From Octopus sinensis (Eukaryota): a DNA stretch of 64,000 bases. Shown piece after piece: positions 14,161 through 25,490 of the stretch (the stretch's first letter is position 1; each line of letters begins with the position of its first letter). Below the pieces are notes generated by a model, which made no database searches, was not told the DNA's origin, and saw nothing but the letters and a program-made list of their open reading frames with translations. The position numbers were made by a program, and so were the translations under genes. The DNA lies in NCBI RefSeq assembly GCF_006345805.1, contig NC_043009.1, forward strand, positions 3,534,001 through 3,598,000, written 5' to 3'.

Positions 14161-14454
14161 TTATTTTGATGGATATTTGATGGATAACCTGTTTTTCAGG
14201 TCACGAATCGATTAGTATTTAACGTCTATGAGGACCAGGATTTGAACTCGTCGCCATAAACGCCGAGCAAAAGTCATGGGTACATATAAGTACCCCTGGC
14301 ATAGAAATAAATTTCTTTTGCCCTTGTTTATAATTTTAAACTTCAAAAGTATTTTAATATGCTGCCACTTTTTTGATGAAATTTTTTCTGTAAAAAAACT
14401 TCATCCTATATTAGTAGTAGATTTATTACTTTTCGCTATAAGGAATGGTAACCA

Positions 14455-14645
14455 CTATAAGCTGTGGTGGAGAACAGTTCATTACATGGACCCCGTATTA
14501 AGCTGGTACTTATTTTATCGGCCCCGAAAGGATGCAGATCAAAGACTACCTCGGCGGAATCTGAATTCGGAACGTAAGAACGTAAGGATGGACGAAATAC
14601 CTCTAAGCATTACACCTGGCGTGAAAACGGTTCTGCCAGCCCGTT
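14455..14645 (-). mobile_element. SINE family B variant
   Basis: Minus strand reads GGCAGAACCGTTTTCACGCC...TTACGTTCTTACGTTCCGAATTCAGATTCCGCCGAGGTAGTC...AAGTACCAGCTTAATAC. Confidence 0.85.
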
Positions 14646-15029
14646 AGCTTAAGAATACTACATATTAGGTAGCATAGTCTGAGGCTAACCAAACGATTTT
14701 GTATTTAGATATGTCTGGGATACTCATATGTACTCATGACTTTCGCTTCGACTTTTTTCCATGGGCGCGTGTAAGCATTTCATTTACTTTTATTCCTATT
14801 TTCTACTGAAGAGGAAAGAATCTATATGCATATATATGAGATTAATTCCGAAATTGATTCAATTTAGAAATAACGAACTTTTTAAAAAGTTCTGTTGGCT
14901 AGCTTTCCTTGATTTCAGCACAACGTATTTCTGTAGTGGGTAAAATAATATTTGGAAATTGACGATTTAAAAGTCTGTTATCAGCATATTGGCATAGAAA
15001 TAATTTTCTTTGCCCTTGTTTATCAGTTA

Positions 15030-15049
15030 TTTAAATATACAAATATATA

Positions 15050-15108
<59 letters not shown>

Positions 15109-15110
15109 TA

Positions 15111-15162
<52 letters not shown>

Positions 15163-15210
15163 TATATACAAATACATTAATATGTATGTATATATATATA
15201 CACATAATTA

Positions 15211-15243
<33 letters not shown>

Positions 15244-15822
15244 CAAATACATACATATGTATGTATATATATATACATGTATATATACATATATATACAT
15301 ATATATACACATATATATGCATATATATATACATATATATACATATATATGCATATATATACATATAAATATTTGAATATAATTTTCATAAAGTTGGGCA
15401 GTTCATCTGCTCAAAATTTAAAAATAGCTTTAAATATTTTATACAGTACAAAAATTACAGGGGGCTGATTCTTTCATGTTGTCTATAACATGTTTATGTC
15501 TAATTATACGGCGAAAATGTTCACAAGATGACAGAAGATATAAATTAGAGGAATATATATATATATAGTTCAAATAATTACACAAAAATAAAATTTGTCA
15601 AGTTACAACATAGTACCACTTGTATATTATGTCTATAGCATACACACGAACAACGATTACCCGCCACAGAAACATACAACTGGTGTATACATGCATACAT
15701 GCAAATATTATATATGTATATGTATATATGTATGTAATATACGTATATATGTATGTATATATGTATATATATATATGTAATATGTATAATATATGTATAT
15801 ATGTATATATATATTGTATATG

Positions 15823-15892
<70 letters not shown>

Positions 15893-16062
15893 TATATATA
15901 TATACATATATATACATACATATATATATATACATATATATATATTACATATACATATTATATATACATATATATGTATATATATATTAATATGACACGC
16001 ATACTGCATGTATGTGTACGTATGTATTATGTTAGACGTGTGTATTAGTGTAGCACTACACG

Positions 16063-16095
<33 letters not shown>
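15030..16095. repeat. Compound (TA)n/(TACA)n microsatellite region, representative of dozens of TA, CA and GATA tracts across the window
   Basis: Direct reading. These tracts account for the YI/CV/HT-rich ORFs in the track. Confidence 0.95.
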
Positions 16096-16480
16096 CATAC
16101 TTTATGTCGACAGAACATAGAAATCTCGACAAACGAGTAATACTTGGTTTGTCACGTCGAATTCGAAGTAGATATATCTAGAAATATCAGTGTAAAATCT
16201 TTAGAGAGATATATCAAACGCCGCCTGACGTTTCAGTACTAGAACGTTTCTCATCTTGAGGGAAGTTGTTTGCTCATATTCTATGGAATGATGTTGTGGA
16301 CTTTCTCAAAATCAAGTTTTTTGGTTACTCAATATTTACAGTCTCACCTACTTCGAGCTCGACCATCAAAAATAATACATCCATACATATCCATGCTAAC
16401 ATGCAAACACAGATACATACATAATTATCTACACACACACAAACATATATATATATACATATATTTATATATTATATACT

Positions 16481-16692
<212 letters not shown>

Positions 16693-16764
16693 TAGATAGA
16701 TAGAGATAGATAGATAGATAGATGATAGATAGATAGAGATAGACAGACGATGATAGATAGATAG

Positions 16765-16826
<62 letters not shown>

Positions 16827-17019
16827 TCGATATTGACAGCTCTAATTCATAGGAAAATTTTAGCCAATTACAGACATCGACAGAGAATTCCTCTGCAAAT
16901 GATGAGAAGCATCTCATATTACAAACTGTTGTCCCGCCTTAAATAATTTAAATTTTAGGGCAAATTCGTATTAAATATGTTTTGAATATCAAAATAGTCT
17001 TTTTTGTTCTTCGTTCAAA

Positions 17020-17210
17020 CGGGGCGCCATACAAAATGTTTAGAGGCATACAGTCCGTCTTTACGTGCTGGGTCCAAATTCCGTCGTGGGCGACTTTGCC
17101 ATTTACCATTTGCCATATATAAAAAAACAAAGTACTAGTTGCGTACTGGATTCCATGTAATCAACGTAACTCCTCTCCCGAAATTCTTGGCGTTCTGCCA
17201 AAATATAAAA
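17020..17210 (+). mobile_element. Degenerate SINE family B
   Basis: CAAATTCCGTCGTGGGCGACTTTGCC...AAGTACTAGTTGCGTACTGG. Confidence 0.6.
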
Positions 17211-17464
17211 TCAATATTATAGCAATTTTGAGGAAAGATTAATTTAAATCAATATTAAGATTCTTTCCTTTCTTCTTCTTCACGTTATTCTCCATTTAAA
17301 ACTGCTTTAAGCTTCACAATAGCATTCCTTCTTCTCACACGTTTCCGAAATTTATTTGAATCTAAACGTTTGTAAATTTGGCATCGTAAACACACTTTCC
17401 ATCAACATGTTTCACTTTACTCTTTAATGACATTTGATGGGAACTACGGTTCCTAATATGTGCA

Positions 17465-17680
17465 AGCAGGCATAACCGTTTTCACGCCGGGTGTAAAGCT
17501 TAGAGGCATTTCGTCCATCCTTACGTTCTTACGTTCCGAATTCAGATTCCGCCGAGGTAGTCATTCTTTTGCATCCTTTCGGGTCCGATAAAGTAAGTAC
17601 CAGCTTAATACTGGAGCCATGTAATCTATTTACCGTTACCCGGAATTTGCTGGTCATATGCGAAAATTTGAAACAGGTTC
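17465..17680 (+). mobile_element. SINE family B variant
   Basis: AACCGTTTTCACGCC...TTACGTTCTTACGTTCCGAATTCAGATTCCGCCGAGGTAGTC...AAGTACCAGCTTAATAC. Confidence 0.85.
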
Positions 17681-17736
17681 TAGGTATTCTTGCGTACGTT
17701 CCGATAATGACTTCACTGCCTGGCCAATATGTTCCT

Positions 17737-17955
17737 TTTCTCTCTTATTCTGTTTCTTGTTTCACTCACTTGGACTGTGACCGTGCTGGAACACCGTCTT
17801 TTAGTTGAAGAAATCGACCCCTGGACTTATTCGTTGTAAGCTTGGGAATTATTCTAACGGTGTCTTTTGCTGAACTGCTAAGTTACGGAGAAGTAAGCAC
17901 ACTAAGATTGGTTGTCAAGTGATGGTGGAGGGACAAACGCAAACACACAAATACA

Positions 17956-17960
<5 letters not shown>
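17737..17960 (-). mobile_element. SINE family A 3' half
   Basis: Matches the reverse complement of the 3' half of 2931-3343 (GCTGGAACACCG, GAAATCGACCCC, CTAAGTTACGG). Confidence 0.8.
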
Positions 17961-17993
<33 letters not shown>

Positions 17994-18031
17994 TATATGC
18001 ATATATATATATATATCTGTAATATGATGTC

Positions 18032-18153
18032 AATTATTCGGTTGCCATAAAAAGATTCTGAGTAAGTTTCGGATATCGGGGCAGAAAACTGCTCCGGCAG
18101 TTTTCCACCCCAACATCCGAAACTCGGAGTCTTATTATGGCTACCGAATAATT
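18032..18153. mobile_element. Short palindromic MITE-like element
   Basis: AATTATTCGGTTGCCATAA...GAAAACTGC-TCCG-GCAGTTTTC...TTATGGCTACCGAATAATT forms an imperfect hairpin over its whole length. Confidence 0.7.
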
Positions 18154-18580
18154 ACATAGTACATATAAATTACATATAAATTTCACTATTTGCATAATAT
18201 CGAGGTTATTCATTCTTTTGTTGTTTTACAATTAATATTAATATATATGTATATATATATACTTGTATATATATATACATTTATATACATATACATACAT
18301 ATATATATACATATATATATATACAAATATACGCATATATATAGATACATAGATATACATACATATACATCTATATCTATTTGTATATATAAACATATAT
18401 ATGTATACATATATATATACATATATATATATACGTATATATATATACATATGTATATATACTCATATGTATATGCATACATATATAGACATATATATGT
18501 ACATATGTATAAATATATATATATATATATATATACATACATATACATACATATACATACATAAGCTTACATATAAACAT

Positions 18581-19227
18581 ATGGTGGTGGTTGGCTACTC
18601 ATTATGCAGAAGTTGGCCACCTCCTGTACCTATACTTTAGAACCATCATGACATCTGATGTAGCTTTCTAAACCAAACAATGTTTTAAAAGACACCCACA
18701 TAGATAGCACATCCTTTTTTGACCACCAGGAGATTCAGATAAGTTCTGATGTTTAATATCTTCTGTGGCCTCCGTTGCATTTGCAAACCTTCTTGCATAC
18801 ACTTTGTTCAAAGGTGTGCACAGATATATAGACAGAATTTTTGGTGGAGATTCCTTTTTCCATAGGTTTGCAAATGTGATTTGAGTCCATCAAAAGACAG
18901 GCAAGGTTTGTCACAAACTGTTCACACAAAAAGTCAATGCCATTCACCTACTCGATCGTTACATTCTTCCTTTGAGTCTTACATACATTATCCTGGCCCC
19001 TTCAAATACTTTCACTCTTCTCCACACTTTTGTTTGCCATCCAACTCGGTCCGCATCAAGGGTTTCTGGATCCATTCCAAGTTACCTTATTGTATTCCTT
19101 ATGTCATCCTTAAAACGTTTTGGAGGCTTACGCCGATAGAGTATCCCCTCTGCAAAGTCAGCATAAAGCAGCTGTTTCGGCATGCGTTCATCCGCTATTT
19201 GAACAATTTGGCCTCACCATCACATTT
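18581..19227 (-). mobile_element. 5'-truncated degenerate RTE-clade LINE 3' end with three C2H2-like fingers
   Basis: Minus translation ADERMPKQLLYADFAEG...KPPKRFKDDIR, then with frameshifts CDKPCLSFDGLKSHLQ, VCKKVCKCNGGHRRY and CYLCGCLFKTLFGLESYIRCH. 3' UTR GTGGCCAACTTC...CAACCACCACCAT. Confidence 0.8.
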
Positions 19228-19343
19228 GGTTCCTCTATATATTTATACGTTGTTTGTTTACTTCCATTGTAAGTTGAATTTAACGTTAGCGTCTTATAGA
19301 TCTAGATTTATAAATACTAAAATTGCAGAACAATGCGTTGCTG

Positions 19344-19411
19344 GGCAGTTTAGCTTAAGGGTTAAGGCACTAGATGCGTAGGGGTGTGAGTTCGAAACTA
19401 ATGACTGACCA
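19344..19411 (+). pseudogene. tRNA-like relic (pseudo-tRNA or SINE head)
   Basis: A-box-like TAGCTTAAGGGTTAAGGC, B-box-like GAGTTCGAAAC, acceptor-like ends GGCAGTT/GACTGAC-CA. The anticodon arm is not canonical. Confidence 0.45.
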
Positions 19412-19856
19412 GTAACGATTTTTTTCTGCAATATATTGAGAGTTTATCCTGCTAATGTTCATGCGCTTGAGAATAAATTATTTCTGTATCTTTCAAAACA
19501 TCTCAACGCTTCTAAAGTAAACTTTTTTGCTTACTCTCATCGTAAGTTGAATTTAACATATACGTATATACACATACATGTATGTATATATATATGTGTA
19601 AGTAGTGTTAGAGATTGGAGTAACCGTCTAAGGGATAAGGATATCCGTTATTACTACCGGTGTAAATTATCTATTTTAACCATGGGCATGGATATGCAAG
19701 CATGCTATGCTCATAGGATACAAGCAATAACAGATTAAACGAGTGTTTATCAAGAATCAAATTAAAATGAGCAGAAAATGCTCAACAAACAAGTTGATTA
19801 CCCTCGGTTAAATGCTTTTTAATACAAATATAATATAATATATATATATATTATAT

Positions 19857-19915
<59 letters not shown>

Positions 19916-21016
19916 GTGTGTGTGTGTGTGTGTACATGTAACTTTTTCAACAGGTAGATATGTATATATCTTTGCAACAGGTATTTCATGCAGCGAAGGT
20001 GTGATCGCCATAAGCTTTGTCACGTGTATGAAGGTGTAACTGATTAAGACCCCAACATCAAACAACACTAAAATACTGTCGATTTGTACAATTGACGCAT
20101 CGATGCGACAATTATACAAAGGCAAAGATAGAGTATATATTTGCCTTTTACATCAGATTACAAAGTTTCTATAAAACTTTAACTTAGTCGTAGGTATTTT
20201 TGTGTGTGTTTTTGTTCGTGTATATATATATATGTGTGTATGTATATATACATACATATATGGGTGACTGCATGTGTTTGTGTGTGAAAGTCTTGTAATC
20301 CAGTACTTTTAACTACAAACTATATTGAACATGTATTATCCTAAGATTGTTATTCAAAATTCAAGTCTTCGAACACGTTTTTATCCAAGGGAATTTTTTT
20401 GGTTTGTTTTCCTTATTTTTCCATTGAATTAAACCCGTATATCAAATCCATAACACGGCATCAAATATTTTGTTTATAACGCAAAATACATTATTTTTCC
20501 CTCAATAGTGACATATTTTTTTTGCGATATGGAATTGTAATATGTGTTTAGAAATATCTAAGTAGATTGAAATGAATTATATACAACCCGAGGTGGGATT
20601 CTCCCCATGAGGAAATAGAATTTAGTAAAAAAGAGAATAATGAGACGTAGACATTCTTCTTATACACAAAATAAAAACAGAAAAATATCATGACATCCGA
20701 AAGCGTAAAGTGAAATAACATGATACACACAAGAGGAAATATAGTATGAACATAGCATACGCTGTTTAACGCTATGTGTATCGATCAACGTCTGAGTAAT
20801 ACGAAATGAACAATGGAGAAAATATATGTTATTACATAGTATTATAGAAAATGAAAGTAAAGATAGCGAAAATCATGCATTGTATATCTATCTATCAATC
20901 TCTCTCACTCTATGCATATATATGCATATACATACATACATATATATATATATCTTGATAGATAGATAGATTTAGATATATAGATAGATGTAAGTTTATA
21001 CACGTGCATGTATATA

Positions 21017-21110
21017 GGTGCAGGCGTAGTTGTGTGGTGAGTTGCTTCTTTCCCACCCATAGATTTCCGAGTTCAGCTCCACGGCGTAGCACATTAGTCA
21101 TTTGTCTACT
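21017..21110 (+). mobile_element. Degenerate SINE family A head
   Basis: AGGTGCAGGCGTAGTTGTGTGGTGAG...CCGAGTTCAGCTCCACGGCGTAGCAC. Confidence 0.55.
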
Positions 21111-21244
21111 CTCATAACCCTGGACCGGCATTTTTCTGCCGTGCAAGGGACAGCAAACGAAGGTGATTCTTAGGTTTCAAAAGCGCAAAGATGGATGAAT
21201 GACACTTGCATATCACCTAGTTTTTATGATTTTCATATATGGGA

Positions 21245-21566
21245 TAGATGAGAAGGAAAAGAGGAGGAAGGAGGAGGAGAAGAAGAAGAAGAAGAAAGGA
21301 GAAGCAGAAGAAGAAGAAGAAGAAGAAGAAGAAGGAGAAGAAGAAGAAAAGAAGAAGACGAAGAAGAAGAAGAAGAAGAAGAAGAAGAAGAAACGAAGTG
21401 GAAGCAGAAGTAGAAGAAAAGAAGAAGAAGAAGTAGTAGAAGAAGAAGAAGAAAAGAAGAAGTAGAAGAAGAAAGAAGAAGAAGAAGAAGAAGAAGAAGA
21501 AAAGACAAAGAGGAAGCAGAAGTAGAAGAAGAGGAGGAAGGAGTAGGAGTAGAAGCAAAAGTGGAA

Positions 21567-21601
<35 letters not shown>

Positions 21602-21660
21602 AGAAGAAGAAGAGAAGAGAAGAAGGAAGAGAAGAAGTAGAAAAGAAGAAGAAGCTGATG
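21245..21660. repeat. About 410-bp almost pure purine tract of (GAA)n/(GGA)n/(GTA)n
   Basis: Direct reading. Confidence 0.97.
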
Positions 21661-22830
21661 ATGATAATGCATATGCTGTTGCTACTCTTGATGATGATGA
21701 TCACGCCGACGTAGACGGTATTGCGGGAGGTGGCGTAGGTGGCAAGCGAGGCGTGACAACGATGGTGGTGATTAGAACATACGCGACACCATCAAACCTG
21801 TACGATGTAACGGCGAGACATGGCCGAAGGTTCACGATGTGGTCTTCGCGATCCTTTGATGATATCCCAATAGTTTATTTATTTTGTGCGAGTATCATTT
21901 ATCACAATAGCTTTGAGGTGAACTGAGCTTTTTGAGCAAAACTAAATAAGCAAAATCTGCATGGAAGCATCTCGAAAGGCATGTAAATATGATTCATAGG
22001 TCAAACCTTGAACTGCAAATACAACTGAGATGTTATGTTAAGCGTACTACTTTTTGTAGAATGCTCAACCCCCCTTTACGCTAGATCATTCAGCAGATTC
22101 TCAAAAATGTACAATCTCTCTGTGTTTGTTTCGTAGTCGAGTTGGTTCACCTCCCTCTCGGTTGACCCTGTAATAGTAGCGATAAATTTGAGTCTCCTGC
22201 ATAAGCTTGTTAACACTACAGTGAACTTGGGCAGCGGAAAGAAATGCAAGGCATGCATCCAATTTCTCCACCAATTATTCCTGAGAGTGTTTTGCGAGTA
22301 GAATTCTGAGGTACCTTCTCCGTATTCTCCTATAAAGAGCAACCGTTATATAATTTTCCCGTTGGTTTCCCAAGCGAGAATCAGACAGACATGCCAGTTG
22401 ACTCAGCCTAAAGAATCTGCCATGCATTACTTTCCTGCGGCATTCTGACCACATGTCAGCATTACATACCAACTAGGTATAACTTCCCTAAACTTTCGGC
22501 TTGTAGCAAAACAGCTGAGACATATGGGTCTCGCTGCGGTTAGAGATTCACGGCTTAGTGTTATCACAACGTGGATTATTGCAGGAAGCACAATTATTAT
22601 ATAAGCACGATTTTTCCGCGCTAGGATCAATGCTATTCCCTAAATTTGAAGTGGAGCAAAGTCAGAGTTTGTCAAACGCGTTCTAAACTCCCATCACCAA
22701 GAACTGACGGGTAATTCCCGCAGAATAATGTTAAATGCGTAGCATGCATAGATATACACACACGCACATATACGAATATGCGTGTAAATACATACATATA
22801 CATACATATATACATACATATATATATATA

Positions 22831-23038
22831 AAGTTAATCCAAGCAAGAAAACACAAAAAAACACAACAACGCGAGGACGTGGAACAAATATAGTATTACT
22901 GGACGCTCAGGAAAGAAGGAAAGAAGAAGGGTTTAACGTTTCGAGCGGAGCTCTTCGTCGGAAATATAGGAGAAGGAACGATCTAGAGAAGGGAAGAGAG
23001 AGGAAAAAAATCGCCAACGGTACACACGAGGTCACATT
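22831..23038 (-). mobile_element. Short Penelope-tail-like element carrying a decayed minimal hammerhead motif
   Basis: Minus strand 22964-22932 reads TTT-CCGACGA-A-GAGC-TCC-GCTC-GAAAC-GTT-AAA. The element sits between TA-rich microsatellites. Confidence 0.6.
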
Positions 23039-23070
23039 TTATATATATATATATACATAAATACACATAG

Positions 23071-23134
23071 AATTTAGAGGATTGACCCCTAAAAGTGGAC
23101 AGCTGTCCACTTTTAGTAGTCAATCCTCTAAATT
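23071..23134. repeat. 64-bp loopless palindrome (30 of 32 positions complementary)
   Basis: AATTTAGAGGATTGACCCCTAAAAGTGGACAG|CTGTCCACTTTTAGTAGTCAATCCTCTAAATT. Confidence 0.92.
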
Positions 23135-23226
23135 TTGTATGTAAAAAACATTTTAATCTTCGGTTTTTTAAAATATACTAGACCATTGGTTTTAATTCAT
23201 TAATATCAATTTCTACCCTTATTGAA

Positions 23227-23300
<74 letters not shown>

Positions 23301-23563
23301 ATCTACGTATATGTACGTATGTAAGTGTACATCTGCACATATACTTACAAACACACATACACACACGCACGCACACGCATATGGGTGTGCTGGGACACAC
23401 TCCGAAATTTATATACAGATATAAATATAAATATAGAGAGATATTCATGCCAAAAGACATTGATCATAAAATGTCTGCAACATCAATGTTATGTTTACCT
23501 TTTCCAGGCATAGGTTTTATTTTGTGATCTTCAAACAACCGACAACGTACACACACACACACA

Positions 23564-23594
<31 letters not shown>

Positions 23595-23745
23595 TACACA
23601 CATACATATATGCATCTATGTGTTTGTGTGTCCATGTATGTGCCTGGTGTGTGCGTGTATGTGTGCATGAGTGTGTGTTTGAGCATACATGTATGAATGC
23701 AAAACGGTTGGGCTGCCTGTGAGCAAGTATTCGTCTGTGTATATA

Positions 23746-23777
<32 letters not shown>

Positions 23778-23836
23778 CACATACATACAAATATATATAT
23801 ATATATGTATATATGTATATATATATATACATACGT

Positions 23837-23886
<50 letters not shown>

Positions 23887-25230
23887 ATATATATATATAT
23901 ATATATACACGTAAATTCCCTGAATACACAACAGAAGTATTATATATGGCTTTACCACTGCGGCGAAGATAAATGGATATAACTACTGGCATTTATAATG
24001 TCTCTAATTGAGTCAGGTATCTCATGAAGACAACATATCTTTCAGCAACTTTACTTCGCAGGAACAAATTTTCCACTGGAAAACAAACAAAAAAAGAAAA
24101 AAAATATATAAATATAATAGAGAAATATAATATTACGAAGAAAAAAAACATCACTAAATATAATAATTCCTGAAGAAAACTGATGTTAACTTGTGTGTTG
24201 GTTATAAAGAAACTGTTGGAGGACAGTGGAAGAGGATGATTCATAGGATGACTAAGATATACCATCAATGAGAAATTATATTTTGTGTCTATCCATAAAA
24301 AATATATGTATCATTTTTACTGTTGAGCAGAATACCGTATTTTATGGGTCATTACATGCAACATATGATACGTAAAAGGGAAATAATAGGATAACAACAC
24401 AAACAAACAATAACCAAAAAAAAAAATACAATCTCATGAAACAGCGTTTAAGACAACAGAAATCATGGATATACAGCCTTAACTTTATCCCGAAGTACCA
24501 TTATTCATATTTATGTGTTTGTCATTTGGGGGCAGTACGTCGGACGCGATCGTCCGTGGCAATTTTGTTGTGATCGTCTACAACAAAATAATACGCTATG
24601 ATATCGTAAATTAAGCAGTGTCTTCTCTGCATTAAGTCTGTCGATCACAAATACACAATACAGTACAAGATGATTAAATTTGAATTGCTGCAACTGGCGG
24701 ATGTTTACAGCCATATCCAACCAGTAGATATTTTATTTGTCTAACAGAACACATTAAAAAAATGACAGTGGAACATAGTTATACTACGTAATTTCTTTAG
24801 CTAAGAACTGCTTAGTTTCTACTTAATTTCCATTCAATTGTCTTTTGAGGAGATATTTTAGAACTCTACTGCAAAAAACTGAATAATTTACGTTTTGAGA
24901 AGAGTCTCTCTTTTTCATACTTTCGTGTTATTATTAGTTTTATATACTATGTTACAAGTGCTATATTTCAAATATGCAGCAACCACATATTTATCTGAAG
25001 TTTGGTTTAAGCAGAGAAGTACTAGTTCTAACCTAGAATATATTAAGTGTTATAAGAGGGAACTTAAGTTCTGAAATATAATCATATTTACATATGAATT
25101 GTTATTCAGTTATTTTCCATTAATTTTATTCCTTTTTTTTGTCCTCTGTATACAATCAGAGACAGAGAATGGAATACATGTGTGAGCGTATGTGTGTGTA
25201 TGTGTGCAACACCGACAAAACCAGCACCAA

Positions 25231-25490
25231 TACTAAATTCAGAACTGATGGGAGACACTACAGTCATCGGATGCTGCAGGCCGAGAGCAATATGGAAAAG
25301 AATCAGAGAGGCCCAGATGTAACAGAGTATGAGCTGTTGTATTACAGCCTGCATCAACTTTTGCCTTACAATCCATACTCAGAAATCGTAGGACATCACA
25401 ATCATGCGCCACAGAATCCGTATGCGGAACCAATTATCACTGGCGATGAGAAAACCCTGAAAGTCGTTCATAGATTCACGTACCTTGGAA
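25231..25490 (+). pseudogene. Degenerate RTE (BovB-like) reverse transcriptase fragment
   Basis: KFRTDGRHYSHRMLQA resembles RYRTDGKLFNLRRLQA. A shifted frame gives QSMSCCITACINFCLTI, resembling QSMDLFSTACDNFGLTI. APQNPYAEPIITGDEKTLKVVHRFTYLG resembles APGKPYVEPNITINGQRLNAVDKFTYLG. The YADD segment is missing. Confidence 0.75.

Noticed and set aside
21561-21926. Acidic ORF with a CpG-rich unique tail
   Set aside because: It starts inside the GAA repeat, and the remainder looks like decayed trinucleotide repeats with no domain or splice support.
22070-22520. Possible very old R4/Dong fragment on minus (KVMHGRF, FLSAAQ, DLA)
   Set aside because: Only short scattered motifs in different frames, too weak to call without a profile search.
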